In this document: positions 20,298 through 29,829 of the stretch, piece after piece | Position numbering within the stretch: position 1 is the first letter of the stretch | Layout of the letters: each line of letters opens with the position of its first letter | Assembly (NCBI GenBank): GCA_965224245.1 | Contig: OZ245046.1 | Location: 4,160,001 to 4,224,000 of the forward strand | Source of the DNA: Candidatus Eiseniibacteriota bacterium | GTDB taxonomy: Bacteria > Eisenbacteria > RBG-16-71-46 > CAZAMP01 | Direction: 5' to 3' | DNA length: 64,000 nt | Notes under the pieces: model-generated | Seen by the model: the letters and a program-made list of their open reading frames with translations, nothing else | Database searches by the model: none | What the model was told of the DNA's origin: nothing | Made by a program: the position numbers and the translations under genes

Positions 20298-21011
20298 ATG
20301 AGCGCATTGCGGGCGACCATCTTCAAATCGGCGACCGCCGTTCTGGTTCTGGGTCTCGTGACCACACAGGCGGCGCAGGCCGGCTTCACGACCTATCAGT
20401 CCAATCCATGGGGTGGCGAGGAAGACCTCGACACGATCCTCGACGACCTCTACGGGCTGGACAATCTCGAGCGAGTCCACGACTACGGCACCTCGGTCAC
20501 CGACCAGATCTGGCACAACACCGGATCGGGCTCGATCGCCGCGCGCGCCAAGTTCGCGGCCCTCGACCACGACTTCGGCTTTGTGAGCGGATCCACCGGA
20601 ACCGAGTTCACCTCGCTGATGGGGCTGGGCGGCATGGGCTACATCGATGACTCGCCGGCCGCCGAGCTCTCCGTCGCGGACACCGGGGAGCACTTCCGAT
20701 TCGCGCTGAACCCGGGTCGCGACTCGATGTGGCGCTCCACTCACGCAGAGAACGCCGACACGTTCGATCACATGATCACCTGGCGCGTCGTCGGCAACGG
20801 CGGCGGGTTCGGAGACAACGTCGTCGGCGCCTACATCCTCGCGTGGGAAGACATGAGCGGGGGCGGTGACCTCGACTACCAGGATCTGATCGTAGAGGTT
20901 CGCGGCATCGAGCCCGTTCCCGAGCCGACGTCGATGGCGCTCTTCGGCCTCGGCATCCTGGGCGTGGGGGCGGCTCGACGGATTCGCCGCCGCAAGCGCC
21001 CGATCGCGTAG
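20298..21011 (+). CDS. PEP-CTERM protein with DUF4114-like domain
   Basis: AAGGAG RBS; signal peptide; WEDMSGGGDLDYQDLIVEV; VPEPTSMALFGLG-TM-RRIRRRKR. Confidence 0.9.
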   Translation: MSALRATIFKSATAVLVLGLVTTQAAQAGFTTYQSNPWGGEEDLDTILDDLYGLDNLERVHDYGTSVTDQIWHNTGSGSIAARAKFAALDHDFGFVSGSTGTEFTSLMGLGGMGYIDDSPAAELSVADTGEHFRFALNPGRDSMWRSTHAENADTFDHMITWRVVGNGGGFGDNVVGAYILAWEDMSGGGDLDYQDLIVEVRGIEPVPEPTSMALFGLGILGVGAARRIRRRKRPIA

Positions 21012-21140
21012 ACGCTTCGCTCCCAGGTGACGCCGGCGCGACGCTCCGGCCACCGACGCCTCCATTGCCGGCCTCGTCTCTCGGGACGGGGCCGGCGTTC
21101 TCATGTGGGCCGGGCCGTGCCCCGGGGGCGACGCGCCCGA

Positions 21141-21710
21141 TCAGTCCAGACCGAGAAGGTCCTTCTTGAAGCCGTCACCCGGTGCCGGGTCGGGCCCGAT
21201 GAAGCAGGCCAGGATCGCGCTCGCGAAGCTCGCGCCCTCGAACCGCCCGATCTCCTCTCCGATGGCCGTGATGTCAGTGCCGACACCCGGAACGTACGTG
21301 AGCACGTAGCGCTCGCCGTCCACGGCATCGGGCATCTGCTCGCACATGCGCTCGAAGCTCGCCCGGAGCTCGTCGCTGGCGTCCGGCGTGTTGCGCTCGA
21401 GCCCGTCCATCCAGGCCTTGTTGATCTTGGCCACGTCGATGTCACGCTCGAAGTACATGACGAGGTGCCACGGCATGTCGCCGCTCAGGATGACCTCGGC
21501 GTCGTGCGTCACTTCGGGCAGGTACAGGACCGCCAGGTACACCTTGAAGAACGCCTTCTTTCGAAGTGCCATGCCGTTGACGACAAACGTGTTGTCCCCG
21601 ATCTCGAGCTGGTCGTCGAACGTGACGCCCTTGAACTCGACACCGGTCGCCGGCGTGACCGCGATCGTGAGCGCCAGTGCCAGGGCGGCCCACGAAATGG
21701 AGAGACGCAT
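21141..21710 (-). CDS. Chalcone-isomerase-like family periplasmic protein
   Basis: AGGAGG RBS; signal peptide; VNGMALRKKAFFKVY..LYL; C-terminal FIGPDP....KKDLLG. Confidence 0.85.
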   Translation of the reverse strand: MRLSISWAALALALTIAVTPATGVEFKGVTFDDQLEIGDNTFVVNGMALRKKAFFKVYLAVLYLPEVTHDAEVILSGDMPWHLVMYFERDIDVAKINKAWMDGLERNTPDASDELRASFERMCEQMPDAVDGERYVLTYVPGVGTDITAIGEEIGRFEGASFASAILACFIGPDPAPGDGFKKDLLGLD

Positions 21711-21873
21711 GGAACCTCCTCCTGGGGCTCGTGCTTCATTCACCCGCCACGATCGAGCGGGGACCCGGATGCCTCACGACGCCCGCATTCCTCATGGAGA
21801 CAACGACTTGACTTCGACACGGGCCCGCGCATCATGCTCCCGATCCGATACCTCCAGACAGAAGGAGCCTGTC

Positions 21874-24381
21874 ATGGCGTCCCCAGGATCGAACACGAGA
21901 TTGGCGGCTCGTGCAATCGCTTCCGGCGTTTTCGCGATGACGGCGCTTGCCGCGGGCATCCGCGCGCAGGAAACCGTCACCCTCGATCAGCTGAAGTCGA
22001 GCGGCAGCCTCGTCGGGTCCGACGTCATGGTCGAAGGGTACTACCATTTCGAGACCGTGCCGCTGCTGCTGGCCGATCCGGAGCTGGCGCTGATCAACTC
22101 GCCGTTTCGCGAGAAGGACTTCGTCCGGCTCCAGGGCGAGCTCCCGCCCCGCGAGTGGCACGGGGCGCGGCTGCGGATCCCCGGTACGGCCGTGGTCGGC
22201 CCTGACACACCGCTTCCCGGAGACCTCGAGGGGCCCGGGGGCGCGCAGTCGATGGCGCTCGAGGTCCGCCGGTTCGAGCGACTCTCGGACTTCGAGCTGG
22301 CGCCGCCCGCGGAGCCGGCCGGCAGCGCGGGCCTCCCCCGCCCGGCCATCAAGTCGGCGGGCGCGAACGTGATCACCCCGAACGCGGTCGCCCTCCTGTA
22401 CTCCGGCGGGGTCAACGCCGCGAACAACCACGCGCGATACTGGAACGATCTCACGTTCATGTACCTGATGCTGCAGTCCTACGGGTACACGGACGAGAAC
22501 ATCGTCCTCAGCTACGCCGGAGGCACGGCCCCCGAAGGCGTCACGTCCGACTGGATCGACTACGACGGGACCGGGTCGGGGCTGCGCGCCGCGTTCCGCG
22601 AGCTGGGCGGTCTGATCGATCCCGAGACCGGCGTGTTCATCTTCACGACGAATCACGGCGGCGGCTTCGACCCGGGCGATCCGTCGGCCTCCAGCGGCGG
22701 CCCGTTCCGATCGCGCCTCGATTCGAACGGCGACGAGGGCACCGAGCCGCTGTACGAGCGGAGCTACGGCGTCGACTTCAACAACGACGGCGACCAGCTG
22801 GATCGGATCGCGTTCGACGAGGTGCTGTGGCTCTGGGGCGGTGCGCCCATGTACGACGAGGACTTCGCGAGCCTCGTGGACGCGCTGCCCGAGTGTGGCC
22901 GCATGACGATCCTGATGGGCCAGTCCTTCTCGGGCGGGCTCATCCGCGACCTCTCGGCACCGAATCGCGTCGTCATTTCCGCGGCGTCCCAGGTGCAGCC
23001 GTCGTGGTCGAGCCCGGACGGGCGCTTCAACGAGTTCTGCTACCACTTCACATCGGCCCTCGCGCGCCGGGACTGGGACGGAAACGTGGTCGGCGCCGAC
23101 GCCGACCTCGACGGCCGGATCTCGATGCTCGAGGCCTTCAACCACGCGGTCGGCGAAGATGCGGCCGACGAGACGCCGTACTACGACGACACCGGCGACG
23201 AGGTCTCCCATCCCGGCCCATTGCCCTCCGGTGGCGAGGGCTACCTCGGCTCGCTGACCTACGTCGATCACGCCGACCCGGTCTCGATCATCGGATCCAC
23301 GAACTGGCTCGACGACTTCGCGATCGCCGACCGAGCCGACCTGGCTGCGGGTCACTCTGCGCTCGTCCAGGGCCGATACGACGAGGCAACGCGCTATCTG
23401 ACCGCGGCCGCCGCGCAGAACCCGATGGATGCCGGCGTCTGGCGCGATCTCGCCACGGCACACGCCAGCGCGCACGCCGCGGCCGACGTGAGCGCCGAGC
23501 CGCCGTATCTGAGCACAGCCGTCGCACCCGGTCTCCAGAACGACGCCCGCTCGACCGGCCGCCACCTGGCCGATGCGACGAGCGCGATCGAGCATGCCGC
23601 CGCGCTCGACGGATCATCGGCGGCCACGTTCGCGCTGATGGGCACGATCTGGGCCATGCGGGGTGACGACGCGTCCGCCTCGGCGGCGCTGGAGCACGCC
23701 CGGTCGCTGGATGCCGCACGGCCGGAGGTCAGCAACGACCTCGGCGTCCTCGCGTTTCGCGACGGACGGCTCGCGCTGGCCGAGCAGCTCTTCGAGCGCG
23801 CCGATCGCTATGCCGGCGGGCGCGATTCGCGCTATGCGTTCAACATGGCGTTCACGAAGGTGGCGCGCTTCCCGGACCGGGACGAGGAGATCGCCCGTGA
23901 GTTCCTCGCCTCTCATCCGGGTGCCGCCTTCGCGGACTGGTTCTGGAGCGAGACGCTGAAGAGCACTCCCCCGACCTCGAACGCCGGTGCGCCCGAGAGC
24001 GCGCTCGGTGGCATCACCCTGGGCCACGACGTGGGCGACGTGATCGGCGCCGTCGGCTGGACAGAGGACATGGGCTCCACGAGCGACGGCGAGTGGGACT
24101 GGTACCACTTCACCCCCGCCGGGCTGACGCTCTTCGTGGTACAGAAAGGTGACCGCCGGGGACAGATCTGGAGCGTGCGGACCTTCGCCCCGAACACGTC
24201 GGCATCGGCGGGCGGAATCAGCGTGGGCAGCACCGTGTCGGCCATCACGTCCACGTATGGATCCCCACAGCAGACGCGCGCCTTGAACGACGAACGGCTC
24301 TACGAGTATCCGAGCCGCGGCATCACGTTCCATACCGCCGGGGACGAGGTGACCGGCGTCGAGATCTTCCCGGCGCACTGA
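21874..24381 (+). CDS. Peptidase C13 (legumain-like) domain protein with TPR repeats; predicted catalytic Cys replaced by Ser
   Basis: AAGGAG RBS; SGGVNAANNHARYWND, TTNHGG, GQSFSGG, EFCYHF, DGRISMLEAF; TPR-like helices; two small C-terminal repeats (GITLG / GISVGST...YGSP). Confidence 0.8.
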   Translation: MASPGSNTRLAARAIASGVFAMTALAAGIRAQETVTLDQLKSSGSLVGSDVMVEGYYHFETVPLLLADPELALINSPFREKDFVRLQGELPPREWHGARLRIPGTAVVGPDTPLPGDLEGPGGAQSMALEVRRFERLSDFELAPPAEPAGSAGLPRPAIKSAGANVITPNAVALLYSGGVNAANNHARYWNDLTFMYLMLQSYGYTDENIVLSYAGGTAPEGVTSDWIDYDGTGSGLRAAFRELGGLIDPETGVFIFTTNHGGGFDPGDPSASSGGPFRSRLDSNGDEGTEPLYERSYGVDFNNDGDQLDRIAFDEVLWLWGGAPMYDEDFASLVDALPECGRMTILMGQSFSGGLIRDLSAPNRVVISAASQVQPSWSSPDGRFNEFCYHFTSALARRDWDGNVVGADADLDGRISMLEAFNHAVGEDAADETPYYDDTGDEVSHPGPLPSGGEGYLGSLTYVDHADPVSIIGSTNWLDDFAIADRADLAAGHSALVQGRYDEATRYLTAAAAQNPMDAGVWRDLATAHASAHAAADVSAEPPYLSTAVAPGLQNDARSTGRHLADATSAIEHAAALDGSSAATFALMGTIWAMRGDDASASAALEHARSLDAARPEVSNDLGVLAFRDGRLALAEQLFERADRYAGGRDSRYAFNMAFTKVARFPDRDEEIAREFLASHPGAAFADWFWSETLKSTPPTSNAGAPESALGGITLGHDVGDVIGAVGWTEDMGSTSDGEWDWYHFTPAGLTLFVVQKGDRRGQIWSVRTFAPNTSASAGGISVGSTVSAITSTYGSPQQTRALNDERLYEYPSRGITFHTAGDEVTGVEIFPAH

Positions 24382-24514
24382 GATCGAGATGACGAGTACG
24401 ACATCGCACGTCGCCGGGGCCCATCGGGCGCGCCGCGTCACGTCGCTCCCGTACGTCAGGGCCCGTTCATTCTGATCGGCGACGCGCGCCAGCGTGAGCG
24501 CCCGCGATGGCGTC

Positions 24515-25123
24515 CTACCGAGCGAGATCGGCCAGCGCCCTCGTGTCGATCGCGATCGTCTCGCCGAGTGAGACGTCGAGATCGTCGAGCCGCCCGCCCT
24601 GGAGCTCGATCACGAACTGCGCCGGCAGCCGGCTGGAGTAGCTCGGCATGCGCTCGGCGTACTCCTCCTCGGTCTCGGTGGGCCGCTTGAGCGGCTCGGC
24701 CGGCATGTGGTGCGTCGCCGTCACGCGGCCGCGCGGATCCAGGTAGATGACGTCGATGTCGACGAGGCAGTGTCCCATCCAGAACTCCTGCACCTCGGCG
24801 TACGGGAACGCGAACAGCATGCCCCCGTCGTGCGGGATCTCGGGCCGGAACATCAGCCCGCGCTGGCGGATCTCGGGCGTGGCCGCCAGCTCGAGATGGA
24901 ACGTCTGCCCGTCGATCACGACCGTCTCGATCGGAAGGACGGGCCTGGGATCCTCGGCGGCGGGCACCGGCGCGGCGGCCGGCGGTGAACCGGCCCCGTC
25001 GCGAGCGCCCGGCTCCGCGCGATCGCGGCAGCTCGTGGCCAGAAGCGGTAGGACGAGCAGCGTCGAGCACACCGCCCGTGCGGCGGTCGCGATCGCGTCC
25101 GCACGCGAACGTCCGGAGCTCAT
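24515..25123 (-). CDS. DUF192 family lipoprotein
   Basis: LATSC lipobox; ELAATPEIRQRGLMFR...GMLFAF...FWM...IDVIYL...FVIEL. Confidence 0.9.
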   Translation of the reverse strand: MSSGRSRADAIATAARAVCSTLLVLPLLATSCRDRAEPGARDGAGSPPAAAPVPAAEDPRPVLPIETVVIDGQTFHLELAATPEIRQRGLMFRPEIPHDGGMLFAFPYAEVQEFWMGHCLVDIDVIYLDPRGRVTATHHMPAEPLKRPTETEEEYAERMPSYSSRLPAQFVIELQGGRLDDLDVSLGETIAIDTRALADLAR

Positions 25124-26709
25124 CCCACCTCCTCGGGCAGCACCGTGATCGAGGCGCCGCCACGGCGCGGGTCACCGACACCCTCGGTCCGGCCGCCCGG
25201 ATCCCGCCCGACGGCGTGAACGCCACCGAAGTACAGGATGCGCGCCGGCGAGAAGCTCCGATGGGCATAGGGCTCGGCCAGCGCTCGCAGCAGGTCGGCG
25301 TCAGCGTCGACGAGCTCGGCGCAGAACGCGTCGGGCTCGACGTGAATGCGCGCGGCGCGGACCGACTCCTCGAGCGATCGGCCGAAGCCGATGCGATTGA
25401 CGGCTACCTGCAGGATGGCGGTGCGGAGCCGGTTGGAGCCCCCCGATCCGAGGACGAGCTCGGGAACGCCATCGCGAAGGAAGATCGTCGGCGACATCAT
25501 CGTGGTCAACGTCGTGCCCGGAACCAGCACGTGAAAGCCCCGCGGGTTGATGTCCTCCTCTCCGAGGAAGTTGTTCATGTGCATGCCCGTTCCCGGGATC
25601 ACCCAGCCGCAGCCCTCCCCGTTGGACACCGTCACGGCGCACGCGCCCCCGTCGGCGTCGATCACGCTGATGTGCGTCGTGCAGCCGCGTCCCTGTGGGG
25701 TCGGCGTGCCGTCCGGCATGACGCGACCGAAGCGCGCGAGCTGCGCCTCGAGGCCGCGCTCGGAGAGCACCGACTCGGCCTGGTCACGAGCGAAGTCGCC
25801 GGCCAGCTCGTGACGTCGGGCCGCGACCATCAGGAGCTGGGCGTCGACGATCGCACGCAGGTGGGCGGACCGGCCGTAGTCCTCGGGGCGAAGCGGCGCG
25901 CGTGACAGCGCCGCCAGTCCGAGAGCGATCAGCGTGCCGCCGCTGGAGTGCGGCGGCGGGGTCAGGAGCGTCCTGCCCCATGCCTCGGCTCGGAGCGGCT
26001 CCCGGACGGCCGCGTCGTCCTTGGCCAGATCCTCGCGCGTGATGAGCCCCCCCGCACTCGGTCCGAACGCCTCGATGGTGCGATCGGCGATGTCGCCCCG
26101 GTGGAAGATGGTGGGGCCATCGGCGGCCAGGTGTTCCAGCGCGTCGGCGAAGTCGGGATTGGAGATGATGTCGTCGGGACCGGCGGGATGGCCGTTCACC
26201 TCGTACAGCGCCGCGCACTCGGCCGAGAGCCGCCAGATCGGCTCCAGGATGCGGATGAACTGGGCGCCCGAGCGGCCGGCCGGAATGCCGGCACGACAGA
26301 TGCGCACGGCGGGGGCGACCACGGTCGAGAGCGGCAGGCGCCCCCAGCGTTCGTGCGCGGCGTGCAGGCCGGCCAGCCCCATGGGCACGGCCGCCGCGCC
26401 CCGGCCGACGTGGAATCGCTGCGTGGTCACGTCGAAGTCGATCGTGACCTCCCGAAAGTCCAGCTCCGGCCGCTGCTCGAGCCCGAGACCCGGCATGATG
26501 GGGACGAACTCGATCGACTCGAAGCCGCGCTCGGGGTCGCCGGCCAGCATGACCCCGCCGCCGGCCGCGCTGGCCAGGAGCGGCTCGGACTGAAACGACA
26601 CGAAGGCGGCGGCCACGGCGGCATCGGTCGCCGAGCCGCCCAGTCTCAGGATCTCCGCGCCGGCCTCCGCGGCCAGGCGGCTCCCGGCCGCGATCGTTCC
26701 GCCACGCAT
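25120..26709 (-). CDS. ggt: Gamma-glutamyltransferase family protein
   Basis: GGSATDAAVAA, catalytic TTHISVID, MNNFLGE, LGSGGSNR, GDPRRGG. Confidence 0.9.
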   Translation of the reverse strand: MRGGTIAAGSRLAAEAGAEILRLGGSATDAAVAAAFVSFQSEPLLASAAGGGVMLAGDPERGFESIEFVPIMPGLGLEQRPELDFREVTIDFDVTTQRFHVGRGAAAVPMGLAGLHAAHERWGRLPLSTVVAPAVRICRAGIPAGRSGAQFIRILEPIWRLSAECAALYEVNGHPAGPDDIISNPDFADALEHLAADGPTIFHRGDIADRTIEAFGPSAGGLITREDLAKDDAAVREPLRAEAWGRTLLTPPPHSSGGTLIALGLAALSRAPLRPEDYGRSAHLRAIVDAQLLMVAARRHELAGDFARDQAESVLSERGLEAQLARFGRVMPDGTPTPQGRGCTTHISVIDADGGACAVTVSNGEGCGWVIPGTGMHMNNFLGEEDINPRGFHVLVPGTTLTTMMSPTIFLRDGVPELVLGSGGSNRLRTAILQVAVNRIGFGRSLEESVRAARIHVEPDAFCAELVDADADLLRALAEPYAHRSFSPARILYFGGVHAVGRDPGGRTEGVGDPRRGGASITVLPEEVG

Positions 26710-26942
26710 GAGCGCGAACCTCCAGAATCGTGCGGGCGTCGCCGCAATCGACGACCTGCCGTCGGATACCGGATCGCGGTCGGCGACCCGGAAGAAGGGG
26801 AGGCTATCACGTCGGCCCCGGGCCCCGACATCCCGTTGCCGACGGGTGCATCCGGGTCGCCGAGCGACCATACTGACGGCATGTCGGATTCACACGTCGG
26901 TCGGGGGGCGAGCACACGCGCGTCGGCGCGAACGAGGGTCGG

Positions 26943-27428
26943 GTGATCATCCGCGACGCACTCGAGCGTGACCTCGCGGCCATCGTCGAGATCTACAACC
27001 AGGCCGTGGCCGAGCACGCGACCGCCGACACCGACCCCGTCTCGATGGCCGACCGGGAGGCGTGGCTCCGGAGTCACGACGGCCGTCATCCCGTGCTCGT
27101 GGCCGAGCGCGAGGGAGTCGTCGCGGGGTGGGCGTCGCTCAGCGCGTACCGTCCGGGTCGCGCCGCGCTCCGGCACACCGCCGAGATCAGCTACTACGTT
27201 CACACCGATCATCGACGCCGCGGCGTCGCGACCGCGCTCGTGACCGACGCGATCGCGCGGGGACCGCGGCTCGGAATCCGGACGTTCTTCGCGATTCTCC
27301 TCGAGGACAACGCGGCCAGCATCGCGCTGCTCGAGCGACTCGGTTTTCGCCGGTGGGGATACCTGCCCGGCGTCGCGGACTTCGACGGGCGCGAGGTCGG
27401 ACACGTCTACTACGGTCGGAGACTCTGA
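26943..27428 (+). CDS. GNAT N-acetyltransferase (phosphinothricin/methionine-sulfoximine acetyltransferase-like)
   Basis: IVEIYNQAV...TAD, EISYYV...RRRGVATAL, NAASIALLERLGF. Confidence 0.88.
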   Translation: MIIRDALERDLAAIVEIYNQAVAEHATADTDPVSMADREAWLRSHDGRHPVLVAEREGVVAGWASLSAYRPGRAALRHTAEISYYVHTDHRRRGVATALVTDAIARGPRLGIRTFFAILLEDNAASIALLERLGFRRWGYLPGVADFDGREVGHVYYGRRL

Positions 27429-27571
27429 TCCATCCCCCCGCCGTGCGTGCGCCCTCATCCGGTCCGTGGTCACGCGCCCCGCGTCCGTCCACGTCGCCAG
27501 AACATGCGGACGTGCTATTCTCACCTCGGCGACACCCCGCTCGCGCGAACCGTCGAATCGAGGAGCACACC

Positions 27572-28267
27572 ATGACGCCGTCCCCGCCGACTGCATCGTG
27601 CATCGCCGCTCTGTCGTTGCTGCTCGCGACATCCGCTGACGCCGGGTGGGTATCGGTTCGAGCCGACTGCAACGGCTCGACGATGACCCTCGAGATCAGC
27701 GTCTCCGACCCGGGCGGGCTCCCCGAGCTCGTGGGGTTCGATCTGTACCGGTCGACGATGGGCGAGTGCACCGAGCCCTCGCGGATCACCGACGAGCCGC
27801 TCTCGCGTCCGATCGGGACGTTCGAGATGTTCGACTACACCGATCCCGACCTCCCGAACGACACTGCATACCGGTACGAGCTGGTGCCGGTCGATGCGGC
27901 ACGAGAGCGGGTCTGGGCCGCGTACGACGATGCTCACTACTCCATCTTCAAGTCGGGCTTCGTCGACATCGCCGCGTGCGGACGCGGTGCGATCGCGCAC
28001 GGCTACGTGGACACCGGATGGCCCGGATTCGGCGACTGCGAGTACACGTGCTACGAGGCGCTCGTCTTTCTGCAATCGGCCGAGCCCGGCGTTCTCGACG
28101 ACTACTACGGCACCGACACCGCGGTGCTGCTCTACGGGGACGTGGCGTGCAGCTGGGAGGGCTGTGGCATGGACGTTCTCGAGGCCGAGCCGCTCGCCTG
28201 CGAGAAGGTCGTTCCGGTCGTCGACGGGAGCTGGAGCCGCATCCGGGCCGTCTACCGATCCGAGTGA
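27572..28267 (+). CDS. Secreted Cys-rich hypothetical protein with SW-type C-terminal tail
   Basis: GAGGAG RBS; signal peptide; GFDLYRS...YTD...YRYEL FN3-like pattern; ends VPVVDGSWSRIRAVYRSE. Confidence 0.75.
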   Translation: MTPSPPTASCIAALSLLLATSADAGWVSVRADCNGSTMTLEISVSDPGGLPELVGFDLYRSTMGECTEPSRITDEPLSRPIGTFEMFDYTDPDLPNDTAYRYELVPVDAARERVWAAYDDAHYSIFKSGFVDIAACGRGAIAHGYVDTGWPGFGDCEYTCYEALVFLQSAEPGVLDDYYGTDTAVLLYGDVACSWEGCGMDVLEAEPLACEKVVPVVDGSWSRIRAVYRSE

Positions 28268-28484
28268 GGGACGTCTCGGCATCCGCTCGCGGTCGGCGCC
28301 CCGGGTCGATCTCGCCTCGCCGGCGCTCGACCCATCCGCGGCGCCGGGTGCCGTGGAGGTCGACCATGGCGTCGACACCTCTGGCGTCGTGTCCGTGATC
28401 GCGGCGCGCCCGTTCACGCTCTCGCTCGCGTAACGGTCTCATTCTAAACGCCTTCCGTGCTCCGAGGGCCTGCTTCCGGCTGTT

Positions 28485-28502
28485 TGGCACTCCCCATGCA
28501 TT
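28485..28502 (+). promoter_or_regulatory. Putative sigma54 (-24/-12) promoter
   Basis: TGGCACTCCCCATGCATT, GG-N10-GC spacing, ~70 nt before ATG 28574. Confidence 0.6.
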
Positions 28503-28573
28503 CCCCTGTGAGCACCCCGATCTCTGAGCCCGTCAGAGACGTCGCGCTTCTCGCGCGCCAGAGGAGGTCTTCG

Positions 28574-29407
28574 ATGTCCCTCAGCTACAACCTGACCACC
28601 CGTTTCGCCGTGATCATGCTGGCCACGACCCTGACCGTCTCGACGACCCTCGCCGGGGGCGATCCCGGCGACGGCGACGGCACCGACTACGGCGATGCCC
28701 CCGAGGACGCGATCGCGTACCCGTCGATCGGTGTGATCGGATCCTTCCCGACCTGCGTGGGCGGGTCGGCGAGCTACGTTCGACACGGACTCGGCTGGGC
28801 CCACTTCTACAGCACGCCCGTCGTCCCCACCCAGCCGGCCTGGGATCCCGAGCCGGACGGCAATGCCGGCGTGTGTCCACCGCCCACATACGACCGCGAC
28901 GAGTGCTTCGACGACGGCGACGCAGGACTCGTCGTTCCGGACGCGTTCACGATCGTGGGCGGCGTCGTCGCGCCGTGCCCGAACTCACTGATGCCGGTGG
29001 CGCTCGGCCGCACGTGCACGCACACGACGATCACCGCTCGCGTCAAGAACGCGATGCCGGTGACCGGCTACATCAATCTGCTCGTCGACTGGGATCGCAG
29101 CGGCACCTGGGGCGGCGCGTGGACGTGCGCCGACGGCAGCCTCGCGCCCGAGCACGCCGTCGTCGACTTCCCGATCCCGCCCGGCTTCGACGGACTCTGG
29201 ACGTCACCGCCGTTTCTCGTCGGATCCCCCGGTGACGTGTTCGCCTGGATGCGGCTCGAGATCGCGAACGTGACCGTCGGCCCGGGCTGGACCGGCGCCG
29301 GCGACTTCGAGGACGGCGAGTCCGAGGACTACCTCGTACGCATCGATCTCCGCGGTGTTCCGACGCGCGACAGCAGCTGGGGGTCGATCAAGGCCCTGTA
29401 TCGCTGA
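28574..29407 (+). CDS. Secreted GEVED-domain protein with SWG-type C-terminal tail
   Basis: GAGGAGG RBS; signal peptide; DYGDAP, YINLLVDWDRSG, WMRL, DGESEDY; ends RDSSWGSIKALYR. Confidence 0.85.
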   Translation: MSLSYNLTTRFAVIMLATTLTVSTTLAGGDPGDGDGTDYGDAPEDAIAYPSIGVIGSFPTCVGGSASYVRHGLGWAHFYSTPVVPTQPAWDPEPDGNAGVCPPPTYDRDECFDDGDAGLVVPDAFTIVGGVVAPCPNSLMPVALGRTCTHTTITARVKNAMPVTGYINLLVDWDRSGTWGGAWTCADGSLAPEHAVVDFPIPPGFDGLWTSPPFLVGSPGDVFAWMRLEIANVTVGPGWTGAGDFEDGESEDYLVRIDLRGVPTRDSSWGSIKALYR

Positions 29408-29433
29408 GCGCGACGACCCCACCGCCACGCGTG

Positions 29434-29474
29434 GACGGGCCGGAGCCGGGCCCCGATCCGGCTCCCGGTCCGTC
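29434..29474 (+). terminator. Hairpin after the GEVED gene
   Basis: gacgggcc-ggagccgg / ccggctcc-c-ggtccgtc long inverted repeat. Confidence 0.5.
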
Positions 29475-29829
29475 GGTTCGATGGGCTGGCGTCAGAGTCC
29501 CGTCGTCACGCGACGTTCGTGAGCCGGGGCCTGATAGTCGGTAAGCTTCCCCACAGCATCGAATTGCGCGCCCTCAGAGGGCACGTCGGCCGGCTCGAGA
29601 CCACGCGTCGGTGCCTCGGTGTGCGGAGCCGCTCTCGTCACCCGTTCCCCCGCTGCACAGCGCGAACCGCGCGGACCACCGGTCCCAACAGAACGCGAGA
29701 TCGCATACACACGTGATCGTTTCGTGACGAATGGCTGGCCGCCACGCTCTATCATTCCTGGACACCGATGCCGAACGGCATCGGTGCAACGGCCGGCAAT
29801 CCCAACCCGGAACTCATGGAGCGAGCCCC

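Noticed and set aside
20310-20345. CTTCAAA resembling a tRNA-Sec anticodon loop
   Set aside because: Lies inside the PEP-CTERM signal-peptide coding region; no cloverleaf
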